DNA of 64,000 bases from Leucoraja ocellata (Eukaryota), in the NCBI GenBank assembly GCA_036785375.1, contig JAWMAR010000107.1:2728001-2792000 (forward strand), in the 5' to 3' direction. A program made the position numbers and the translations under genes. Shown here one piece after another: positions 26,933 through 39,617 of this stretch (position 1 is its first letter; each line of letters begins with the position of its first letter). The notes beneath the pieces were generated by a model that had not been told where the DNA came from, made no database searches, and saw only the letters and a program-made list of their open reading frames with translations.

Positions 26933-27168
26933 GTGTTCACCCCTGCAGCCATTAGATTTTATAATTCGGACCGCTAGGCTGTAGGGGGATGCATTCCTGC
27001 AATTTTTAATTTTTAATTGTTAATTATTGGTCTTTTTAAGTATTTATTGCTCTCAGGTAGTGTCCACAGTGTATTCTATGCATTTTCTATCTACGTTCGT
27101 TTTGAATCTGTGGGTTTGTTGGTTGGGGGCTTCTGGACATCTGAATTTCCCTGAGGGGATCAATAAAG

Positions 27169-27225
<57 letters not shown>
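26933..27225 (+). mobile_element. LINE 3' end (Rex/L2-like) with (ATT)n tail, inserted in the decayed DIRS
   Basis: Interrupts the DIRS RH/MT junction. Ends GAATTTCCCTGAGGGGATCAATAAAGTA followed by (TTA)n at 27172-27225. Confidence 0.65.
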
Positions 27226-27227
<2 letters not shown>

Positions 27228-29193
27228 GTGCTGTAATTCCAGCAATACATTTTTTTTTCTTTTTTTTTCTCCAACAGTGTTTTCATAGACTTAGCGTGAC
27301 CTGTAGTCTGCCATTAAATTCAGTTTACCTGGTAATTTGGTGGCTGATATCCAAATATCTTTCTGGATACATTATTGCCAAATTGTGTTGGCCAGATAGT
27401 CACATGATGTCGATATGTTTCCACCCATATGGTTGACATATGCTACCACGGTGGCGTAGTCAATTAATAGTCTAACATACTGGTGATATAACCCAGAACA
27501 ATATGACTTAAAGCCATGGAATGCACTCAACTTTCCCAGGTATTTATGCCCAGCGTTTGTAATGATGCCTCCTGTGCATTCCATCTCCCCCACAGCTGGA
27601 GATGGAATTGGTAGCATCCCATCCAAGTGCCCATGAGTATGTAGTTCCATAGACGGGTAGCTGTTAATGTTTGGATTGGAACAATGCCTAATGTTATGTT
27701 TCCACCATTTTAGTACCATGGTGGCCTCTGTTGGTAGCATCTTTGGTCTGTCAGAATGACCCCCATAATTTTTGAGTGCACGCATGTTTGCGCTCAGTAA
27801 TTTGATAATGTAAAGGTCCGATTTATGTGGCTGGAACACAGCCATTATAATGCCAATCATTCTACTACCAGTCTGATGGATGGTTTAGTTTACTGCAAGC
27901 CTCCATTAAGGCTGTAACCTTTTCTTACGGCAAAGTCACTGACATGTGAGCTGAGTTAAGGGTGAAACCGCAGATGATCCATTGTGTTAAATACATCTGT
28001 GGTCACCTCTAATGGGTACTGTATAGGAAGCATTTTTTAATACGATGCTTGCCATGTAGTAACCTAGGATCAATACCTTTGCAGTAACAAAGGTTCCCAT
28101 CTAGTAATTAATATAAAGTACGAAAGTATTCAAATTATTCAAATCTATGATGATGTGGCAACCACCATCTAATTTATGATAAAGATTTTTGGACACGAAT
28201 TCCTGTGGTTCGTGTTGGATGTCCTCCATTAGTCCTTTTTTATTTGGGCACTGTAGTTCATTATGCGCTTTTGATTATTTCTTGCCTGTAAGCATGAACA
28301 TTCAGTTCGGTACATGCTGAACTGGAGGATTATGTTTTGAATAATTCTATGGTAGAGTAGGAGAAATCAAGAATAAGAGGAATTCATTAAAGGTGAGAGA
28401 GGAAAAATGTGATAGGAACCTGAGGAGCAACTTTTTCACCCGGATGGTGGTGAATGCAACAAACTGCAGAGGAGGTAGTTGAGGCAGATACGTTAACAAC
28501 ATTTAAAATACATTTGGACAGGTAAATGGATAGGAAAGATTTTGAGGGATATGGGCCAAACAGGCAGGCAGGACTAGTGTAGATGGGGCATTCCTGGTCA
28601 GCATGGCCAAGATGGGCTGAAGGGACATGTTTCCATGCTTTAAGACTATGAATCAAAAGATGAATCAAAACATTTGCACTGTGTAGAGTGTGCTCTGCTT
28701 CCCAGCCTGTGGGGTATTATCTGGTGAGGCTGCACAGGACAGGCAGGTCTGGGCACCGGGAAGGGCAGTGAACTGGGGGAGAGATCTGGGGGAGGCTGGG
28801 AAAGAGATCCCAACATTCAGACGGGGAATAGGAATCATGCACTTACACCCCGAACATGGACACTTCAACCCACTGAGTCCACGCCAACAATCCAACACCC
28901 ACTTTTACACTGATCTGACAGTCAGCCATTTTATTCTTCCTTCTTTCACATCCTCAGCCTCCCAGATTCCACCACTCACCAACACACTAGCAACAATTTA
29001 CAGCAGCCAGTTAACCTACACACCCGCACATCTTTGAGATACGGAGGGAAACCAAAGACCCAGGGGAAACCCACTCGCATGTATGTGTGTGACTGTGTAC
29101 TGTGTGTGTAGGCAAATGTGTTTGTGTGCATGCATGCATGTGTCTGTATCTGCATAAATGCAGGTGATTGTGTGTCTGTGTTTCATTATGGGC

Positions 29194-29366
29194 NNNNNNN
29201 NNNNNNNNNNNNNNNNNNNNNNNNNNNNNNNNNNNNNNNNNNNNNNNNNNNNNNNNNNNNNNNNNNNNNNNNNNNNNNNNNNNNNNNNNNNNNNNNNNNN
29301 NNNNNNNNNNNNNNNNNNNNNNNNNNNNNNNNNNNNNNNNNNNNNNNNNNNNNNNNNNNNNNNNNN
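29194..29366. other. Assembly gap (N run)
   Basis: N bases. Confidence 1.
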
Positions 29367-29462
29367 CGCCACTAATTGATTTGATCACACTGAGAAGCTA
29401 AAGGTGAGAACTGTGCCTGGGTTTTTTCAGCAGGTGATTGTGTGTCTGTGTTTCATTATGGG

Positions 29463-29986
29463 NNNNNNNNNNNNNNNNNNNNNNNNNNNNNNNNNNNNNN
29501 NNNNNNNNNNNNNNNNNNNNNNNNNNNNNNNNNNNNNNNNNNNNNNNNNNNNNNNNNNNNNNNNNNNNNNNNNNNNNNNNNNNNNNNNNNNNNNNNNNNN
29601 NNNNNNNNNNNNNNNNNNNNNNNNNNNNNNNNNNNNNNNNNNNNNNNNNNNNNNNNNNNNNNNNNNNNNNNNNNNNNNNNNNNNNNNNNNNNNNNNNNNN
29701 NNNNNNNNNNNNNNNNNNNNNNNNNNNNNNNNNNNNNNNNNNNNNNNNNNNNNNNNNNNNNNNNNNNNNNNNNNNNNNNNNNNNNNNNNNNNNNNNNNNN
29801 NNNNNNNNNNNNNNNNNNNNNNNNNNNNNNNNNNNNNNNNNNNNNNNNNNNNNNNNNNNNNNNNNNNNNNNNNNNNNNNNNNNNNNNNNNNNNNNNNNNN
29901 NNNNNNNNNNNNNNNNNNNNNNNNNNNNNNNNNNNNNNNNNNNNNNNNNNNNNNNNNNNNNNNNNNNNNNNNNNNNNNNNNNNNNN
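29463..29986. other. Assembly gap (N run)
   Basis: N bases. Confidence 1.
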
Positions 29987-31120
29987 TGTGGGCGTGTGCG
30001 TGCGTATGTGTGTGTGCTTGCGTGTGCGTGTGCGTGTGCGCGTGTGCGTGCGCCACTAATTGATTTGATCACACTGAGATGCTAAAGGTAAGAACTTTGC
30101 CTGGGTTTTGTCAGTCACACCCCCTATTTTTGAAAGAGTGGTGATACACAAGGAGTCAAGTTTCATCAACAATGCTGCTGAATGCCACAACCTTTTTAGA
30201 GCATTTAAAGCAGTGTGAGATAGACGCGTGATTCAATGCCCAAAAATGGGCTCAGATGAATTTCTTGGCCCAGATCCCTTCTCTGAGCAGATCCATGAGT
30301 GTCACCACAAACCAGTTTGTGGTGACTGACTCCTGTAAGTATTGCAAATACTGCACGTGTACACTAGTTATTCAAAGCAAAGACCAAAGCTTCTGCCCAC
30401 TGAGTATCCCAGTGCCGTCAGTGTGAACGTCAGCCAATATCTTCACCCCTACAACAGTGAATATGTCGACTCTCTGACCACACTGCTGCTCACATGACAG
30501 CCCATTGTCACTTCCTGGAACAGCTTCAATTCCTCCTCCATGCACGAGTCAAACGCTGGCTGCCCTCTCAGTGCCTTGTTCACCGATCCCCTTCAACACA
30601 ACATCTCTCTAGGTCTGCTCCAGGTTTCCCAGCACTTGCAGGAAAGTCCCCTTTTACTTGAAGATCCACTTCCAGCATCGGGGCTATTGCACGACAGCTT
30701 CAAGGGAGATTGCTCTTCTGCATTTGCTCGGACTGTGTGGCGAGGTTGGCATCTCTTCATGCTTGATGCCGCCATTGGATCTGGACCTAATATCTCCTAT
30801 GGCTCATGATGACGTTTTAAAAATGGATTGATTTTCTGTGATCCGGGCAGTGCCAGCAACATTTATTGTCCTTCCTAATTGTCGTTAGGGAGATGGTGGT
30901 GCGCCATCTTCTCAAACCACTGTGGTCATTTTTAGTGACAATACATCGGACTGAATACTTCTTACTTAGAAAAGGACTTCCAGGATTTTGTCCCAGTACT
31001 GTTGAAGGAATGTTAAGTGAGTACAATGTGCGACTTGCAGGGGATCTTGTGGCGGGTGATGTTCCCACATGCCAGAGCTCTTAGTTCCTCTTGGTGTTGA
31101 GGTAGCAGGTCAGGGAGTTA

Positions 31121-31425
31121 CAGTTTAGGTTAGTTTAGAGATACAGTGTGGAAACAGGCCCTTCGGCCGACTGAGTCCGTGCCGACCAGCGATCCCTGCA
31201 CACTAACATTGTCCCACACACACTAGGGGCAATTTACAATTTTACGGATGTCAATTAGCGAACAAACCTGTACGTCTTTGGAGTGTGGGAGGAAACTGGA
31301 GCACCCAGAGCAAACCCATGCAGGGCACGGGGAGAGTGTACAAACACCATACAGACAGACCCATAGTCAGGATCGAACTCGGGTCTCTGGCACTGTAAGG
31401 TAGCAACTTTACTGCTGCACCATCA
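31121..31425 (-). mobile_element. SINE (HE1-like)
   Basis: Reverse-complement consensus. Confidence 0.85.
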
Positions 31426-33875
31426 TGCAGTTATAGTCAGTAGTTTAAGTGAGCCTTGGTGATGCATTACCTGTGCAATTTAAGGGAACCCCTACCTTGG
31501 TGGAGTGGCTTTAGGTGTTCCTCAGGATAACCAGCCTCTGATATCTGCCCTTGAAGCCGCAGTATATACTTCTCTGGATTTGATCTGAGGATAAACCTAG
31601 TACAAAGATGATGGACACATTGATGGGATATTAATGCTATTTCTCGATTCCAAACACTGGTCAAATTGCTTTTATTCTTTGTGCGTAGCCTTGGAAACAA
31701 ATGGAAGGAATGAGCCCGTGACAAAGCATGTCATTGCTCTTACACCAATACCTGCGGCATCACGTGCCAAGGTCCAACCCTTCATGATTCAAAGGTTCAA
31801 TGGTGCTCTATTGTCACATGTGCAAGGTGCAAACGCACAGTGAAATTATTTTCTTACAAACAGTCCAGTAGCGTATCATCATACCACCCCCGATTCACGG
31901 TACTGAGCCAAGTCATGGTACCCTACTGAACAGGGAGAACCTGGGTCTTCCTTGGATTCCTTTCAGGCTCCTGGCTCAGATTCACATTCTTTCCGAACAG
32001 GTGGCACAGCGGCATGAGCACCACCTGGCAGGAATCGCGAAGAGGACTGACCATAGCTCAGATACATATTCAGGCACTAGTGAAGGCCTCTGCTTTGTCC
32101 ATGCACCGTGTAAGTCATTGACGTCAGCCTCCATGCCAAAATGCAATGCTTCATGTTGGGAAAACGTACATTCAGTTCACATTGTGCTCGTGTTATCATC
32201 TGCACACTTCCCCTGAAATTAGCAGCTTTTATTCGGTGTGTTCCTGGCAAATATTCTGGTTTCATCTTAGTGATTCAATGCTTGCAACAGCTTCTCAATG
32301 GTGGTACTGAAAATCTTGAGCGAGGACTTCCTCCATTGTCTAATGATAGGTTTGGGCAGAGCAGATCTCTTTGTGCGTGCATGGATGACTGAAGACTGGA
32401 TGTTTGCTTACTTTCAATTATGTGCAGGAGAGCTGTAATTATATGAGTAGTGTTGACCTTGCCAACTTCACATGCAAACCTTGTGCAGAAATCATCCAAT
32501 GATTGTCACCTGGTTTTGTGTTATTATCATCTCCTCATGTTCACTGTACTTTGTCTGCAAGCAACACGACTTCTGCTGATTCGAGCGTTTTTGACCTGAA
32601 ACACTAACTCTCTCCACACTCCTGCCTGGCCTGCTGAGTGTTTCCAAAACTTTCTGCCTTTATTTCAGATTCCAGCATCGGCAAATTTTCCGATTCCCTC
32701 ACTGGTGTGGTCCCCTCACTCTGCTTCATCTTATTAAGCACCTTTTCTTCTAACCTCTCTAGTTCCTTGTGAACATGAGTCTTCAGGGCAGAGGGGACTG
32801 GTCTAAGCTTGGAGTAAACTCCCTTTTCACCCAGTCTGATTAGAATGTGCACATTGTAATAGTTATACTCTGGAGCTGCCTCCAAACATCTCTCAGATCA
32901 TTCCAACAATTCATCAACTTTGTAACAACAGTCCTCACTACATTCTTCCAATCGGGTTTGGGTTGTTCCCATCCCTATTACAGCTGTCCCATGCCCATGG
33001 TTTACTCCAACTCCTGGTACTTGTACCTTCCGTGTGTTGTGTTGCGCTGTGTAATCTATAGTCTAAAGCCCAGAGTCTAAAACATCTCACCAAAGCGGGC
33101 TTTCATTCGACAGTGCACTCCGTCAGGATTGTGCAACTGAACTTGCTCGAGTTAGTTTCCTGGCACATTGTCAAAGGATCTACAGCAGGATCAATGTACA
33201 CATCAATATATTATTTGGTAATCAACACTGTGATTGGAATGTCTGTTTGTTTGCTGCTGTTACTATTTGTGGTGTACATTCCGTACAATCCCAGCGCACG
33301 GCCACACTGTGTTGTTTTGAATTGTCCCCTGAAATTACTTTAGTTATTGTTCTTGGATCTGCAGCCTGTCAAAATGTGACAATATTTTTGGCACTAAACA
33401 TTTGGCTTTTCTAAATCATAAAAGTGCAGTAATTGAAAGCTATGGCAGCTGATTGACCTTCTGCTCGCTCTGTAGCCTTGGCCTGTGCCACATCTATCAC
33501 ACCATGGGTCACAGCCATGCCAGTCTGCCATGCCAGGCACCATTCTCAGACCTTCTTGGATGCCGCTTCCACTGACACAGCTGTAACATACACAGATCTG
33601 GAAGTCAGGCTGTGTGTGCTCAACATCTTTGACCACAGTAATTCATCTGCTTGTTCAGACACAAACATTGCAAAAGTACAATTTAAACATTGCAATGGAA
33701 ATTCAAATTCTGTAATGAAGCAATGCACTCATTAAATAGCTCACCCACTGAGGCCGTCCCCAAGCTTATATCCTGAAGCTATTTTAATAGCTTTGGATTA
33801 AAGTAATTATTTGATTTCTAGACAACACCTTCAAACAAGACATCGTTCATCTTGCGTCCTGGTCCAATCTCACAT

Positions 33876-34165
33876 TGGCGCAGCGGTAGAGTTGCTGCCT
33901 TACAGCGCCAGAGACCCGGATTCGATCCTGACTACGGGTGCTGTCTGTTCCGAGACAGCATGGGTTTTCTCCAGTTTCCCCGGTTTCCTCCCACACTCCA
34001 AAGACCTACAGGTTTGTAGGTTAATTGGCTTCGGTAAAAATTGTAAATTGTCCTTAGTGAGTAGGATAGTGCGAGTGTATGGGGATCGCTGGTTGGCGGG
34101 GGCTCGGTGGGCTGAAGGGTTTGTTTCCGCACTGTGTCTCTAAACTTAACAAAAGTAAAACTAAG
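33876..34165 (+). mobile_element. SINE (HE1-like)
   Basis: A box TGGCGCAGCGG, B-box-like GATTCGATCC, core and tail. Confidence 0.85.
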
Positions 34166-35227
34166 CGCACACCAGAAATAACCTATTCAACAGTAAACCT
34201 GGTGCTGGTTTGTTCAGTGAAGGTTAACACTGCTGTCACTTGTCACAGTGGCTTATTGTGCTGTGCATTCTTCACAGAGCATTTCAAGATATTGAGGAAA
34301 CAAGATACAATGTGAATGGTGACAGGAAAGCACCTGGAACTTGCGAAACAAGTGTCATGATGTCCAAGAATCCAGAAGAGAAGCAATCTGAGATCCCATC
34401 TCTGTTGCCAATTTGTAATTTGTGAGCACATAAAAGATTCAATGTTTATTGTAGAACAGGGCCCTTAGCTATCTCCACGTTGACTCATCCGTCTGAATGA
34501 CTCTGCCATTGTTACCTTGTTCTGGAGCTTGCATACGACCTGACTCTCTTGTCCCAAAGGGTTATGGTATGTGACCACACAAGTGTACAGCTAAACACAC
34601 CGTCAAACACAAGCGGCAGAATCATTTCAGGCTCCCTTAACTAACATTGCAGTACGAGAAATATTTCAGACCGTAGGTTATCTAACATGTAAACAAAATA
34701 TTTTTTTGAGACGTTCCCAAGAATATGGGGAGAGATTATTCAAACTAAAGTGCGAGTGAAAAACCTAGTCAGCATCATTTTGTTCAACTGCTGGAGGATA
34801 TTTCAGCCTTGGAACACACAGCAAGATCAGCTGTGAGGAGAGGTTGGAAAAACTTAATTGTCAAAGGCTGAGGGGGGACCTGATTGAAGTCTACACCATT
34901 ATGAGAGGCAGAGGTAGGGTAGATAGTCAGAGTCTTTTTCCCAGGGTAGAATTGTCAATTAGTATATGGCAGAGTTTTAAGATGAGAGGAGGAATGTTCA
35001 AAGAAGATTTAAAGCAGGTATTTTACACAGAGTGGTCATCATAGAATCATAGACACATACAGTATGCAAACATACTGACCAAATTGGCATTCTAGAGGAG
35101 TCCCATGTATCTGCATTTGTCCTATATCCCTCTCACACCATCCCATCCATGAATTGCCGTGTTTCTTGATAGTCACAATTGTATGGTAGATGTAGAACAT
35201 TCTGACAGATTTTGACCTGATACATAT

Positions 35228-35645
35228 TGATTTCCCTAACATCAAGTAACCCTTGCATTCCCTCCCTCTCCGTCCCTCCACCACCCTAGTTGTACTAGTT
35301 TCACTGTCGTCCTCTTGAGTTTCATTGTTATCACCTAATGGACCGTTTCCTTGATCATCGTTACTTTTTTGTATATCTTTCATTCACTTGTTCAAAATCT
35401 CTCTATATCACCATCTATATCTCTCGTTTCCCTTTCCCCTGACTCCCAGCCTGCAGAAAGGTCTTGACCCAAAACACCACTTATCCCTATTCTTCAGAGA
35501 TGCTGCCTGACCCGCTGAGTTACTCCAGATTTTTGTGTCTATCTTTGGTTTAAACCGGCATCTGCAGTTCCTTCCTACACATTAGCTCTGCTTCTCTTCC
35601 CACAGATGCTGCCTGACCTGCTGGGTATTGGCAGCATTTTCTGTG
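35228..35645 (+). mobile_element. Penelope-like 3' UTR and terminal module
   Basis: Pyrimidine-rich UTR homologous to 63745-64000, followed by a decayed hammerhead-like motif and GATGCTGCCTGACCCGCTGAGTTACTCC. Confidence 0.7.
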
Positions 35646-37344
35646 CTTGCCCCAAGGGGTATGCGACGCATGGTCCTAACTCCTACTGTGTAAAATCCCT
35701 CGTTGCAAACGGAAAACAAAGCACATTTGCCTAGTCACGGAGAGGAAGTGTGGCTGATGTAAAGAGTTAATATGCAGCAGCTTGCAGTTGTCTGCTTCAG
35801 ACTCCATGGGTTCGCTGCTGGAAGGCAGCCAACATCCATGATTGCGTGCTGCTGTGGTTGGCTCAGATGTTCTCCAGCAACACATATATTGCCTTTGGAT
35901 GAGACCAGTCACAGATATTTTGACACAGACTATTAGTTTCTGAAGAAGTGCTTTGAGAGCTTGTGCTTTCCCACGGGCACTTGTTTACATGACTGCATAC
36001 ATAAAAGAACAGCTTTGTATGCTGCAGTGACCTTTAGTCAGGATATACAAGAGGCAAATATAGCTATCATGTTCGGCTGGTGGTAAACACTCATGGCGCA
36101 AACATATTCCAGCCTGTGGATACTTTACCGTCAGTGGGATAAACTGTTATTGTGAAACCCTCTCTTTTTTTCCTGTTTATAAGCTATTGTTGCATTGGTC
36201 GAGTGATGCACTAAATCTTCCCCCATTCACTTCTGACATCTTGTACAATAGCATTCAACAAATATCTAGCCTCTTATTACGCCACTGAAGGTCAAGGGGC
36301 AAAGGTCATGCATCCATGTTGTGACGAGCTGCATTCTGACATCCAGAGGTTGAGACAGAAGCTGTGTAAATGCAGGTTTTTGAGTTTAGTTTATTGAGGA
36401 TTTAGTTATGGAGTTGTAGTGTGTCGTAGAGGCACCGAAACAGCCCCTTTCACCACTGAATCTGCAAGAAACATCAGTCCCTCCTCACATTCCCATCAAC
36501 TTGCCCCAGATTCCACCGCTCACTTACGCACTGGAAGCTATTCACGGCGGCCATTTAATCTACCATCTCCAACGCCTTTGGGAGGAAACCCGAGCAAAGC
36601 ACTGCAGTGTTGAAAGACACGGGTTAGACCACACCGGTCACAAGACTGTAGGAAGGATGTGATTATACTGGAGAGAGTGCAGAGGAGATTGATCAGGATG
36701 CTGCCAGGATTGGAGGACTTTAGCTTTGGAGAAAGATCAGATTAGCTGGGCTTGTTTTCCCTGGAGCAAAGGAGGTTGAGGGGTGACTTGAATGCAGCAT
36801 GAATGATTATGAGCAGGAGAGATAGGGTAGATTGAGTAAATCTTCATCCCAGAGACATCAAAAACAAAGAGGGCATAGATTTAAGATGAAAAGGGATTTT
36901 AAAAGGCCAATTAACTGGATGTTTTCACGAGAGAGTTAGATTTAGCTCTTAGGGCTAAATGACCGCCATTCAATATAATCATTGTTGATTGTCTAAAATC
37001 ATTACCCTGTTCCTGCTTTTTCCCCATATTCCTTGATTTCTTTAGTCCTAAGAGCTAAATCTTGAAAACATCCAGTGAATTGGCCTCCACTGCCTTCTGT
37101 ACCAGAGAATTCCACAGATTCACAACTCTCTGGGTGAAGAAGTTTTTTCTCATCTCAGTCCTAAATGGTCAATCCCTTATTCTTAATCTGTGACCCCTGG
37201 TTCTCAGCCAACATCGGGAACATTTTTCTTGCATCAAGTCTGTCCAATCCTTTAATAATTTTATATGTTTCTATAAGATCAGAGGATGTACTTCCTACGG
37301 CAGGTGAATCACGCATAATCTGCCACAGGCAATAATAGTCCAAT

Positions 37345-37860
37345 TCTATACAGCCATCGTAGAGTCTATCCTCACCTTCTCCATCATGGTCTGGTTTGGC
37401 TCAGCCAACAAGCACGACACCCGGGGGCTGCAGCGAATCGTCCGATCAGCTGAGAAGGTTATTGGCTGCAACCTTCCCTCCATTGACGAACTGTACACTG
37501 CAAGGGCCAGGAAGCCAGTGCGTAAGATCATCTCTGACCTCTCTCACCCTGGCCACAACCTATTTGAATCACTTCCCTCTGGAAGGCGAATCCGGACTAT
37601 CAAAGCTGCCACAGCCAGACAAAAACAGTTTTTTTTCCAGAAGTAGTAGCTCTACTCAATAGCCAAACATCTGTAGCCTCTTTTTAGTCTGGTATTTTTT
37701 TTGGTTCAAATGTTTGATCAATGGTGTTTTATTATTAATGTTTAGTGTTTATGTGTCATTCGTAACTGTCACTGTATGTCATGTTGTCACTTTTGGACGG
37801 AGCACCAAGGCAAATTCCTTGTATGTGAATACTTGGCCAATAAATTCATGCATTCATCCT
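37345..37860 (+). mobile_element. Rex1/Babar-type LINE 3' fragment
   Basis: YTAIVESILTFSIMVWFGS..LQRIVRSAEKVIGCNLPSI..HPGHNLFESLPSGRR, then 3' UTR with AATAAA and an ATTC-type tail. Confidence 0.85.
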
Positions 37861-38355
37861 TCTATTCCAGTGACCTGGTGTTGGTTGGAGGCTGGCAGCA
37901 GAGTCTGAATGACCATGTTTAGGCAGAGAAGATTGAGAGACTAGCTTTGGAATACACAAGTCTGGAGGTAAAGAGAAGGGGAGTTTCCCCCTCAATAGAT
38001 CTCCAAAATAAATTTCCTGGTGGTTATCAATTTGGCATTTGTGTGCAAAGTGAGTGATCAAATGTGCTGAAACTTAAGAGTGTAAACAAAACAGAGGCGC
38101 TAGATTGGCTGTAAACTGGCCAGAGACGATAAGATGATCCTGCAGAAATGTAAGTCTGTCTTTTACACTGAAGTGCGTCTGTTCCCCAGTGGATAAAAGA
38201 ACCCACCAGTGGAGACATTTTCCATCAAACTGTAACTATCACTGAGCAACGTTCAGAGATAAGTTGAAGCCTTTCCCCTGTGGTCTGCCAGGACTGTGTT
38301 GTGAGAGGGACTGTGTTCGTGTGTAAGAAGATCTGTGTTAGTGTTGTCATGGAAT

Positions 38356-38861
38356 TGTGTTTGTGATGTCAGAGGGACTGTGTTTGTGATGTCAGAGGGA
38401 CTGTGTTTGTGATGTCAGAGGGGCTGTGTTTGTGTTGTCAGAGAGACTGTGTTTGTGATGTCAGAGGGACTGTCTTTGTGATGTCAGAGGGACTGTATTT
38501 GTGATATCAGAGGGACTGTCTTTGTGATGTCAGAGGGACTCTGTTTGTGATGTCGGAGGGACTGTGTTTGTGATGTCAGAGGGAATGTGTTTGTAATGTC
38601 AGAGGGACTGTCTTTGTGATGTCAGAGGGACTGTATTTGTGATATCAGAGGAACTGTCTTTGTGATGTCAGAGGGACTCTGTTTGTGATGTCGGAGGGAC
38701 TGTGTTTGTGATGTCAGAGGGACTCTGCTTGTGATGTCAGAGGGACTGTGTTTTTGATGTCAGAGGGACTGTATTTGTGATATCAGAGGGACTGTCTTTG
38801 TGATGTCAGAGGGACTCTGTTTGTGATGTCGGAGGGACTGTGTTTGTGATGTCAGAGGGAC
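38356..38861. repeat. 23-bp minisatellite, 22 units, with 138-bp higher-order period
   Basis: Unit TGTGTTTGTGATGTCAGAGGGAC; diagnostic variants recur at units 7/13/19 and 9/15/21. Confidence 0.95.
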
Positions 38862-39617
38862 TGTTGTTAGAGGATAAAACCTCCATTACATGAACGCAGT
38901 GCCAATCTTATCAGACAAAGGGGTTTGTGCTGTCTAATCAAATGTGTTGTGTCTTCAGAGGTATAATGTCTTCTGTCTGAAACCAGGCCTTAAAAATGAA
39001 TAAACAAACTTATGAGGCATGAATTGGCTGTAGCAAATCAGGAAACTATTTGAAGAGATCTGGCAGTAAACAAGCAATAGCTTATTTTTAAATAATGATT
39101 ACGTGTGTTGCTGCAAATAAGGTTTTAAAAAAAAGCAAACAGGAAAGGTGGTCTGGTCGTGGTATCAAACAACTTTAAAGACAGTATTACTTCAAAGGAA
39201 AAGGCTTATATTGTTGCCAAAAAAGTACTCGGACTGGTAAAATTCCAAAATTCACTAAAGGAGGGCCATGGAAAGGTGAGGTAGACCAGCAGGAAATACA
39301 ACAATAAGGCTGTAAGAGTTTCAACAGATATGTAAAATATAAAGCACGTTAATGTGGGTCCCTTGCAGACAGAGAAAGGAGAAATTATAATGAGAAATAA
39401 GGAAATAGTAGAGAAATTAAACAAACATATTGGGTCTTTCTTCACAGATGAAGACATACAAAGCCTCCTGGAAATATTGGACAATAACATTGAGAAACAT
39501 AGGTTTAAGGTGAGGAGGAAAGATTTGATAGGAACCTAAGGGATAACATTTTTACACAAAGGGTAGTGAGTATTTGTTATGAGCTGCCAGTGGAGATAGT
39601 CGAGGCAAGTACTATTG

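Larger units (their letters stand above)
25138..28352 (-). mobile_element. Degenerate, 5'-deleted DIRS1-like element (second subfamily)
   Basis: Right end 25138-25216, ITR ~25211-25246, ICR 25353-25465. Frameshifted YR (KSHSTRAASTSAA..AGW..FQRLY; 25626-26590), MT (DAFSLHW..YAFPP), RNase H and RT remnants up to ~28350. Gag and left end are absent. Splits a CR1 fragment. Confidence 0.93.
30120..34600 (-). mobile_element. Ancient, heavily decayed Ty3/Gypsy LTR retrotransposon relic
   Basis: In order on the minus strand: PBS-like TGGCAACAGAGATGGGAT (34393-34410), Gag-like SKMLSTHSLT..AVSVEAA, knuckle remnants CDRCG and CQKYCHILTGC, RT start RPVPSALKTHVHKELERLE, RNase H LARDAAGIGV (~31745-31775), integrase-like NGGIKH (~30760). 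Interrupted by younger repeats. Confidence 0.7.

Noticed and set aside
29011-30085. Long ORFs with X runs
   Set aside because: Artefacts of N gaps.
38356-38861. CRISPR-like regular repeats
   Set aside because: Units are contiguous with no unique spacers, there are no cas genes and the context is eukaryotic; it is a minisatellite.
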